In this document: positions 17,168 through 24,700 of the stretch, in pieces | Numbering within the stretch: position 1 is the first letter of the stretch | How the letters are laid out: every line of letters begins with the position of its first letter | Assembly: GCA_963621995.1 (NCBI GenBank) | Contig: CAVFFZ010000005.1 | Location: 2,930-66,929, forward strand | Length of the DNA stretch: 64,000 nucleotides | Direction of reading: 5' to 3' | DNA from: Lachnospiraceae bacterium | GTDB taxonomy: Bacteria > Bacillota > Clostridia > TANB77 > CAG-508 | Made by a program: the position numbers and the translations under genes | Notes under the pieces: generated by a model | The model's database searches: none | What the model was told of the DNA's origin: nothing | Seen by the model: only the letters and a program-made list of their open reading frames with translations

Positions 17168-18961
17168 ATGGCAAAGTTTGATGTAAATAATGTTAGTATA
17201 GAATCACTATTGGGATATGTAAAAGATGGTACAATTGCAATACCTGAAATTCAAAGACCTTTTGTATGGGACACAACAAAGGTAAGAGATTTAATGGATT
17301 CCTTATATAATGAATATCCAGTGGGTTATATAATTACATGGAAAAGTCCAGATGTAAAACTAAAAGATGGAAGTGCATCAGAAGGAAAACAAATATTAAT
17401 TGATGGGCAACAAAGAATAACGGCATTAAGTGCTGCATTATTGGGAGAGGAAGTATTAGACTCAAATTATAAAAAGAAAAGAATTAAGATAGCATTTAAT
17501 TTGCAAACAGAGGAGTTTCAAACTAATAACCCTGCTATTGAAAAACAAGAAGAATGGATATCAGATATTGTAGAGGTTATGAAACCAGGATTTGATACAT
17601 TTGAATTTGTAAAAAATTATTCGGATAAATTTAATTTAAATGCTAATGAAGTTAGCAAAAAAGTCACAAAACTACAATCGATAAAAAATATCATGATAGG
17701 AAGAATCGAGTTGGGTTCATCACTAGATATAGAAACAGTTACGGAGATATTTGTTAGAATAAATTCAAAAGGTGAATCACTTTCACAAGCAGATTTTGCA
17801 ATGTCGAAAATTAGTGTAAATGAAACATATGCAGGAAATGATATTAGAAAAACAATTGACTATTTTTGTCATTTTGCAAAAACACCTGCGGATTTTGAGA
17901 ATATAAAAAGGAACGATGTTATATTTAGTAAAAAAGATATATTTAATAAAATAGCATGGATAAAAGATAAAAATGAAGATTTATACTTACCATCTTATAC
18001 AGATATGTTAAGAGTTGCTTTTACATATAAATTTAAAAGAGGAAAATTAGCAGATTTAGTGAGCTTACTATCTGGACGTGATTTTGAAACAAGAGAGTAT
18101 AAAGAAGAGATTATTGAAGATAGTTATAAGAAATTATATGAGGGAGTTAAAGCTTTTATAAATCAAACAAATTTTGAAAGATATGTAATGATATTAAAAT
18201 CAGCTGGGATTATAGATGAATCACTTATTAGATCCCAGAACGTATTAAATTTTGGATATATTTTATTCTTGTTTTTAAAAGAAAGAGGATTATATCCAGA
18301 AAAAATTGAAACATTAGTTAAGAGATGGGTTATTATGTCTATAATTACTCAAAGATATACATCATCTCCTGAGTCACAATTTGATTTAGATATTAGAAGA
18401 TTAAATGAATCTACAGATATAGAACAATACATTAAAGAAGAAGAAGAAAGAAGATTGAGTGACACATTCTGGAATAATATTTTAGTTGAAAATTTTAATA
18501 CATCTGTAGCAAGTTCACCATATTGGAAGACATATTTAATTGCACAAATATTTTTAAATGATTCTGCATTTTTATCTAAAGACATGAAAATAAAAACATT
18601 AGTGGAAGGAAGAGGAGATGTCCATCATATTTTTCCAAAAGATTATCTAAAGAAAAATGGTAAGAATAATAGAACAATATATAATCAAATTGCAAACTTT
18701 TCACTAATACAAACGGAGGTAAATTTACAGATAACTAATAAAGCACCAAATAAATATATGGAGGAAGTAAATAATCAGTGTGAAAATAAAAATCCTACAA
18801 TTGGATCAATTACAGATAAAGCGATTTTACAGGAAAATTTAAAAATAAATTGTATTCCTGAAGGATTCGGAAAGATGACAATTGATAATTTTGAGGAATT
18901 TTTGAAACAACGTAGAATATTAATGGCAAATAAAATAAAAGAGTACTTTTATAAATTATAA
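17168..18961 (+). CDS. Second DUF262 + DUF1524/HNH-like protein (GmrSD-family-like)
   Basis: IPEIQRPFVW and IDGQQRITA at the N-terminus. GDVHHIFPKDYL...IANFSLIQTEVN at the C-terminus. Confidence 0.75.
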   Translation: MAKFDVNNVSIESLLGYVKDGTIAIPEIQRPFVWDTTKVRDLMDSLYNEYPVGYIITWKSPDVKLKDGSASEGKQILIDGQQRITALSAALLGEEVLDSNYKKKRIKIAFNLQTEEFQTNNPAIEKQEEWISDIVEVMKPGFDTFEFVKNYSDKFNLNANEVSKKVTKLQSIKNIMIGRIELGSSLDIETVTEIFVRINSKGESLSQADFAMSKISVNETYAGNDIRKTIDYFCHFAKTPADFENIKRNDVIFSKKDIFNKIAWIKDKNEDLYLPSYTDMLRVAFTYKFKRGKLADLVSLLSGRDFETREYKEEIIEDSYKKLYEGVKAFINQTNFERYVMILKSAGIIDESLIRSQNVLNFGYILFLFLKERGLYPEKIETLVKRWVIMSIITQRYTSSPESQFDLDIRRLNESTDIEQYIKEEEERRLSDTFWNNILVENFNTSVASSPYWKTYLIAQIFLNDSAFLSKDMKIKTLVEGRGDVHHIFPKDYLKKNGKNNRTIYNQIANFSLIQTEVNLQITNKAPNKYMEEVNNQCENKNPTIGSITDKAILQENLKINCIPEGFGKMTIDNFEEFLKQRRILMANKIKEYFYKL

Positions 18962-18970
18962 AAGTAAAGA

Positions 18971-19020
18971 AAAGCAAGATATCAATGTAATTGAAAATTA
19001 CAGAAATATTTTGCTTTTTT
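18971..19020. terminator. Long hairpin terminator between convergent genes
   Basis: AAAGCAAGATAT..TGTAATT-GAA-AATTACA..ATATTTTGCTTTTTT. Confidence 0.65.
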
Positions 19021-19034
19021 GATACAATTTTACA

Positions 19035-19472
19035 AAATTCGACAATATATGCAAAAATATTATGAGATAATGAAATAAGGATATTTAGAATTTGGCAATC
19101 TGTAGGTCTGCAATTATCTCTTTCAATAATTATTTTTTCATCGAATAGTAAAACGACAAATTTTATATTATAATTCTTAAATTTTTCTTTAAGAATATTA
19201 AAATTTACAGGGAGGATTATATAATTAAATATAACATCGTAACCAGCTTTTAAATATGTATCAATTGTATCTATACATATTTTCCAAAAAATATCCAAAT
19301 GATTTCCTTGTTTCCATGCAGGAACATAGCCACCAATGACTTGATGGTAAATATCATCACCTTCTATAAGGACAGACTTTTCTTTATTAATTGCAACTTT
19401 CTTAGAAATAGTGCTTTTACCAACTCCTGCAGGGCCAGTAATTATATATAAATATTATTTATTTAATTTCAT
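19035..19472 (-). pseudogene. Decayed P-loop kinase/AAA-family ATPase gene, with an in-frame TAA at codon 6 and a degenerate 3' end
   Basis: The minus strand reads MKLNK*YLYIITGPAGVGKSTISKKVAINKEKSVLIEGDDIYHQV...DVIFNYI...FVVLLFDE..IIERD. The reading frame then runs without homology-like sequence into the 3' end of the convergent gene. Confidence 0.55.
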
Positions 19473-19578
19473 CTCCAATATTTATATAATAAATACCACA
19501 AGAACAATATAATTACAAGAAAAGTATAGAAATATCCACAATAAGTGATATAATTGTGAAAAAAAGTAGGAGGTAATT

Positions 19579-19974
19579 ATGAACAAAGATGAGTTAATAA
19601 AATTAGTAGAGAGTTTAAATTTCCCTAATAACGAGTATTATATTTTATCAAGCGGATGTTTACTATTATACGGACTAAGAGAAAAAGCAGGTGATTTGGA
19701 TTTATGTATTTCAGAAAAATTATTTAATGAAATAAAAGAAAAATTTAATTTGACAGAAGATAAGAAAAACAAATATGGATTTTATAAATTGAATGATAAA
19801 ATAGAGGTTGTTGTTGATTCTCCTGAAGAGTTTATAAATCAATATGATATAAAAGATGGATATCAGGTACAGAAACTTGAAATAATTTTAAGAGATAAAA
19901 AGAAAAGAAATTTACCTAAAGACCAAATTGATATTAAAAATATTGAAAGGTATATAAAAAATAAAAATAAGTAA
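19579..19974 (+). CDS. Small nucleotidyltransferase-fold-like protein (131 aa)
   Basis: SSGCLLLYGLREKAGDLDL resembles the G[SG]-X9-13-DxD motif of Pol-beta-type NTases. Good RBS AGGAGG. Confidence 0.4.
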   Translation: MNKDELIKLVESLNFPNNEYYILSSGCLLLYGLREKAGDLDLCISEKLFNEIKEKFNLTEDKKNKYGFYKLNDKIEVVVDSPEEFINQYDIKDGYQVQKLEIILRDKKKRNLPKDQIDIKNIERYIKNKNK

Positions 19975-19985
19975 AAGGAGCAATT

Positions 19986-20465
19986 ATGAAAAATCGAGAA
20001 TACATAGAATATACATACAAACATAGGAAAATAGTTATATATTTAGCAAATAAATATGTAAAAAAAGATAAAGAAAAAGTATTAAAGCAAATAGAAAATC
20101 ATGACATAGATAAACTTTTTGCTTATTTATTTTACAACAAAAAAGATGTGTCAAAAATACATAGAAATTCATCTTTACACCATCAAAATGAACTAGAAAA
20201 GAATAATATAGATTATATAGAAATGGTGCTAGATTGGGAAAGCGCAAGATATACAAAACCAGATAAACCACTAAACGCATATGATACTTTGTACAAATAT
20301 TACCCTAATATGGAAGAAAAAATCTTACCAATATTAAAAGAATTTGGAATAGATAAAACTAATTTGCCAATGGAAGAAGATGTATTAAAATACGCAAATA
20401 GTATAAAGAATGTAACAATCGATGAAATAAAGAATGAAATGATAGAGTATATAAAGAAAATTTAA
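19986..20465 (+). CDS. HD-motif protein (DUF5662-like), 159 aa
   Basis: ENHDIDK and SLHHQNE motifs, starting 11 nt after the preceding gene. The assignment is weak. Confidence 0.35.
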   Translation: MKNREYIEYTYKHRKIVIYLANKYVKKDKEKVLKQIENHDIDKLFAYLFYNKKDVSKIHRNSSLHHQNELEKNNIDYIEMVLDWESARYTKPDKPLNAYDTLYKYYPNMEEKILPILKEFGIDKTNLPMEEDVLKYANSIKNVTIDEIKNEMIEYIKKI

Positions 20466-20526
20466 TCCTTCTCCTTACACCTACTCCCACCTAGACTCCA
20501 TCAAAAATGTGAAATTTTTGTGAATT

Positions 20527-20568
20527 TTAGCACTCTACTATTGACACTGCTAAAAATAGATGTATAAT
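20527..20568 (+). promoter_or_regulatory. CIRCE-like inverted repeat overlapping a sigma-A promoter upstream of hsp20
   Basis: TTAGCACTC-N9-CACTGCTAA (20527-20553), compared with the CIRCE consensus TTAGCACTC-N9-GAGTGCTAA (2 mismatches). TTGACA 20541-20546, N16, TATAAT 20563-20568. Confidence 0.55.
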
Positions 20569-20660
20569 ATTTATGAAAATGATAAATAATACTTATCATA
20601 AATATGTGCCACTCCCATCAAGTGTCAACACATAAATAAAAATTAAAGGAGTTGATTTTT

Positions 20661-21077
20661 ATGATGATGATACCAAGAAGACATGATTTCGATTTATTTG
20701 ATGACGTATTTGGAGATGCATTTTTCAATGAGGGAGCAAGTAAGCTAATGAAAACAGACATTAAAGAGAAAAAGGACAAATATGTAATAGACATTGACTT
20801 ACCAGGATACGAAAAAGAAGGAATAAAATTAAACATTCAAGATGGATATTTAACAGTCCATGCAGTAGTAAATAAAGATGAAAAAGATGAAGAAAAAGGC
20901 AAATTTGTACGTAGAGAAAGATTCTCTGGAGAATGTTCTAGAAGCTTCTATGTTGGAGAAAATGTAACTGAAGATGAGATTAAGGCTAAATTTAAAAACG
21001 GAACATTAACAATTGAAGTACCTAAAAAAGAAGAGAAAAAAGAATTGCCAGAAAAGAAATATATTCCAATTGAGTAA
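20661..21077 (+). CDS. Small heat-shock protein, Hsp20/alpha-crystallin family
   Basis: Alpha-crystallin core KTDIKEKKDKYVIDIDLPGYEKEGIKL...GYLTV...RRERFSGECSRSFYV...I.AKFKNGTLTIEVPK. RBS AAAGGAG 9 nt before ATG 20661. Confidence 0.9.
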   Translation: MMMIPRRHDFDLFDDVFGDAFFNEGASKLMKTDIKEKKDKYVIDIDLPGYEKEGIKLNIQDGYLTVHAVVNKDEKDEEKGKFVRRERFSGECSRSFYVGENVTEDEIKAKFKNGTLTIEVPKKEEKKELPEKKYIPIE

Positions 21078-21246
21078 AATTTAAAACAAAAATACACATT
21101 GAATAAGCGAACTAAAGGGATACCCAATAAGGTATCTCTTTTAATGTATAATAAAAAAATAAAAAGAGAAAAAAGCTTTTAATAATCCACATCAAATGAT
21201 ATAATTGTGGAAATTTGATATAAAATAAATCAAAAAGGAGAATGAA

Positions 21247-22068
21247 ATGATAATATTTGGAATTGATATAAGAATATATTTTTTACTATTTATGACATAT
21301 GCAATTTTAGGATGGTGTATGGAAGTAACATGCAAACTAATTCAATATAAAAGATTTATAAATAGAGGATTTTTAATAGGTCCATATTGTCCAATATATG
21401 GATATGGAGCAATATTAATAACATTTTTACTAAAAAAATACACAGATGATCCAATAATATTATTCTTTATGGCAATAATAATTTGCGGAACACTAGAATA
21501 TTTAACAAGTTATTTTATGGAAAAAATATTTAAAGCAAGATGGTGGGATTATAGTCAAAAGAAATTTAATATTAATGGAAGAGTATGCTTAAATACAATA
21601 GTTCCATTTGGATTACTAGGACTATTTATTATGTATGTTTCTAATCCGTTCTTTATTAGTAAAATACAGCTATTACCAGAAATATGGTTAAATATACTAT
21701 TTTGGACATTATTAATAATATATATTGTAGATAATATTGTATCTGGAATAGTAATTAGATATGTAAAAAAGACCGAAAAGATTGTAGGAAAAGACTTAGA
21801 CAATACAGAAGAAATAACTAAAAAAGTAAAAGAAGTATTACAAAACAAATCTGTATTACACAGAAGATTATTAAATGCTTATCCTAGTTTAGAAGCAGTG
21901 AAGATTAAAATAAAAGAGCAAAGAGAAGAAATAAAAGAAAAAGTAGAAGAACAACGTGAGGAATTTACAAACAAAGTGGAACAACAAAAGAGAGAATTTG
22001 AGAATAAGGTAGAAAAGAAAAAGAGAGAAATTGAAAATAAAGCATATAGAAAAAGATGGAGAATATAA
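21247..22068 (+). CDS. Polytopic membrane protein (putative ABC-transporter type IV / DUF1113-like) with repetitive charged C-terminal tail
   Basis: About 6 hydrophobic helices, with a YAILGWCMEV..C start typical of that family. The tail is KEQREEIKEKVEEQREEFTNKVEQQKREFENKVEKKKREIENK. Confidence 0.6.
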   Translation: MIIFGIDIRIYFLLFMTYAILGWCMEVTCKLIQYKRFINRGFLIGPYCPIYGYGAILITFLLKKYTDDPIILFFMAIIICGTLEYLTSYFMEKIFKARWWDYSQKKFNINGRVCLNTIVPFGLLGLFIMYVSNPFFISKIQLLPEIWLNILFWTLLIIYIVDNIVSGIVIRYVKKTEKIVGKDLDNTEEITKKVKEVLQNKSVLHRRLLNAYPSLEAVKIKIKEQREEIKEKVEEQREEFTNKVEQQKREFENKVEKKKREIENKAYRKRWRI

Positions 22069-22297
22069 AGAAATTTTAGATTGTGATACTGCAGAAGTGT
22101 ATTTTAGAGATATGACTGAAAAAGAAATAGAAGACTGGGTTGATTCAGGAGAAGCAATGGACAAGGCTGGAGCATATGCAGTACAAGGAAAATTTATGGT
22201 ATTTATAGATAAAATAGAAGGAAATTATCAGACTGTAATGGGACTTCCAGTTCATAAATTATATGGTCATTTAAAAAGTTTAGGTGTTATAGAATAA
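22031..22297 (+). pseudogene. maf: 3' fragment of maf (nucleotide pyrophosphatase / septum formation protein), roughly the last 70-85 codons only
   Basis: TAEVYFRDMTEKEIEDWVDSGEAMDKAGAYAVQGKFMVFIDKIEGNYQTVMGLPVHKLYGHL aligns with the C-terminal third of B. subtilis Maf (..PMDKAGAYGIQG...IDGDYYSVMGLP..). The N-terminal two thirds, about 115 aa, are absent. Confidence 0.8.
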
Positions 22298-22500
22298 AAT
22301 TAATTCACAGTCCTTTCATAAAATTGTTACTAAACTAATAAAAATTCATCAAAAAAAAGACATAATTAAATAGTACAATTTAAATAGTGAAAGGAAGTGG
22401 ATGCCTATAGGTATATTAAAAACAATTTAAGCATGAGAGAAAAACACAATATAAAAAAATTTGAAAAACGCTATATATAAAATATATGGCGTTTTTTGTT

Positions 22501-22533
22501 GTTCATAATTAGTTCATTTTCAGATTGTATAAT
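22501..22533 (+). promoter_or_regulatory. Direct-repeat response-regulator-type site plus -10: GTTCAT-N5-GTTCAT-N10-TATAAT upstream of the MMPL operon
   Basis: GTTCAT at 22501-22506 and 22512-22517 (11-bp phasing), TATAAT at 22528-22533. The geometry is the same at 26850-26882. Confidence 0.5.
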
Positions 22534-22610
22534 AAGCAAAGTTGGGAATTGTATCAATTACACTTCAAAATTAAATAGTTTGGTACAAAAACAGGAAAGG
22601 AGAAGAGATT

Positions 22611-24680
22611 ATGCATAAAGTAGCAAAAGCAATATGCAAACACAGAAAATTAATTCTAATAATAGCACTTTTATTATTAATACCATCAATAATAGGAATG
22701 AAAGCAACTAGAATTAATTACGACATATTAGTATATCTTCCAGAAGACATTGAAACCATAAAAGGCGAAAATATACTATCAGAAGATTTTAATATGGGTG
22801 GATTCTCAGTAGTTTTACTAGAGGACATGAGTACAAAAGATATAATTAAATTAGAGGAAAAAATAAGGAAAATAGATAATGTAGAAAAAGTAGTAAGCAT
22901 AGCAGATGTATTAGGGTCAAACATCCCAGTAGAAATGCTACCAGATGATATAAAAGACAAGGTTTACAAAGATAATGAAACATTAATGTTAGTTACATTT
23001 AAAGAACAAATATCATCAGATGCAACAATGAATAGTGTAGAAGAATTAAGAAAAATAACAGATGAACATTGTAAAATAAGTGGCATGACAGCAACAGTAT
23101 TAGACACAAGAAACTTATCAGATTCAGAAGTTGTAATCTATGTAATAATTGCTGTAATTCTATGCTTAATAGTACTAGAACTTGCATTAGACTCATATGT
23201 AGCCCCAGTATTATTACTATTAAATATAGGAATAGCAATACTTTATAACATGGGAACAAATATATTTATGGGTCAAATTTCATATATAACAAAGGCAATA
23301 AGTGCAGTACTTCAACTAGGAGTAACAATGGACTTTGCAATATTCCTATACCATAGTTATATGCAAGAAAAAGGAAAAACAAATGATAACAACGAAGCAA
23401 TGGCAAATGCAATTTCTAAAACTTTTGTATCTGTATTAGGAAGTTCACTTACAACAATAGCAGGATTTTTAGCATTATGTAGTATGAATTTAACACTTGG
23501 AAAAGACATTGGTATAGTTATGGCAAAAGGTGTTTTATTAGGAGTTATTTCAGTAGTAACAATACTTCCTGCAATGATACTAGAATTAAACAATTTAATA
23601 GAAAAAACAAAACACAAAGAAATATTACCTAAATTTACTAAAGTTAAAAACTTTGTAATGCAACACCATAAAGCAATAGCAATAGCATTTTTAATTATCT
23701 TACCAGTAGCATTTTATGGATATCAAAATACAAAAATATACTACAACCTAGATAAATCTTTACCTACAACACTAGATAGTGTAGTTGCAAATACAGAACT
23801 AAAAGATAAATTTAATATGACATCTATGGAATTACTATTAGTAGACAAAGATATGCCAGATTATGAAGTAAATAAAATGGTAGAAGAAATAGAAAAAGTA
23901 GAAGGCATTGAATGGACACTAGATTATTCAAAAATTGGAAGTATGGGAGTGCCAAAAGAAGCATTGCCAGATGATATAGTAAGTATTTTCCAAAGTGATA
24001 AATATCAAATGATACTTATAAATTCAAAATATGAAATGGCAACAGACGAGTTAAATGCACAAGTAGAAACAATAAATCAAATTATTAAAAAATATGATGA
24101 AAATGCAATACTTGCAGGTGAAGGACCTTTAATGAAGGACTTAGTAGAAATAAGTAACCATGACTTTAACAGTGTAAATACAGTATCAATAGTAATTATA
24201 TTTGTAATAATGATAGTTGTACTAAAATCAATCTCATTACCTGTAATACTTATAGCCGTAATAGAATTTGCAATATTTATAAATATGGGAATTCCATATT
24301 ATACAAATACAATATTACCATTTATTGCTTCAATAGTAATAGGAACAATACAATTAGGAGCAACAATAGATTATGCAATATTAATTACAACTAAATATAT
24401 AACAGAAAGAAAAGAAGGAAAAGATAAGAAAGAGGCAGTAGATGAAGCTTTAGGAACATCTATAGGTTCAATAGTAGTTAGTGGATTATGCTTTTTTGGA
24501 GCAACCTTTGGTGTAGGTGTATATTCAAAAATAGAAATGATAGGTTCTCTATGTACACTAATGTCAAGAGGTGCAATAGTAAGTATGGTATGCGTTATAG
24601 CAGTACTACCATCATTCTTAATGATATTTGATAAATTAATTTGTAAAACAACAATTGGAATGAGAAAAATAAATAATTAG
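22611..24680 (+). CDS. MMPL/RND-superfamily membrane transporter
   Basis: 689 aa with two-fold architecture: TM1 + extracytoplasmic loop + 5 TM, repeated. Typical MMPL-family sequence character. Strong RBS AAAGGAGAAG. Confidence 0.7.
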   Translation: MHKVAKAICKHRKLILIIALLLLIPSIIGMKATRINYDILVYLPEDIETIKGENILSEDFNMGGFSVVLLEDMSTKDIIKLEEKIRKIDNVEKVVSIADVLGSNIPVEMLPDDIKDKVYKDNETLMLVTFKEQISSDATMNSVEELRKITDEHCKISGMTATVLDTRNLSDSEVVIYVIIAVILCLIVLELALDSYVAPVLLLLNIGIAILYNMGTNIFMGQISYITKAISAVLQLGVTMDFAIFLYHSYMQEKGKTNDNNEAMANAISKTFVSVLGSSLTTIAGFLALCSMNLTLGKDIGIVMAKGVLLGVISVVTILPAMILELNNLIEKTKHKEILPKFTKVKNFVMQHHKAIAIAFLIILPVAFYGYQNTKIYYNLDKSLPTTLDSVVANTELKDKFNMTSMELLLVDKDMPDYEVNKMVEEIEKVEGIEWTLDYSKIGSMGVPKEALPDDIVSIFQSDKYQMILINSKYEMATDELNAQVETINQIIKKYDENAILAGEGPLMKDLVEISNHDFNSVNTVSIVIIFVIMIVVLKSISLPVILIAVIEFAIFINMGIPYYTNTILPFIASIVIGTIQLGATIDYAILITTKYITERKEGKDKKEAVDEALGTSIGSIVVSGLCFFGATFGVGVYSKIEMIGSLCTLMSRGAIVSMVCVIAVLPSFLMIFDKLICKTTIGMRKINN

Positions 24681-24700
24681 AAAGAAAGGAAGTAAAGAAC

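Noticed and set aside
18810-19298. Track ORF of 162 aa taken as an intact gene
   Set aside because: Upstream in the same frame lies a Walker A segment cut off by a TAA at codon 6, and the 3' part overlaps the convergent gene and its terminator. It is better explained as a pseudogene (19035-19472).
19455-19457. Idea that TAA might be recoded, because in-frame TAA codons occur near the starts of two genes (19455-19457 minus strand, and 41733-41735)
   Set aside because: Most well-supported genes in the window terminate with TAA at positions matching homologue lengths (nrdD, rpsU, dpnB, hsp20 and others). Standard code 11 explains the data.
22399-22482. Possible 27-codon peptide (GTG 22399, VDAYRYIKNNLSMREKHNIKKFEKRYI*) or 9-codon peptide (ATG 22401) between maf and the MMPL gene
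   Set aside because: The start codon is ambiguous, conservation cannot be assessed, and the region may simply be a leader ending at the terminator at about 22468-22500.
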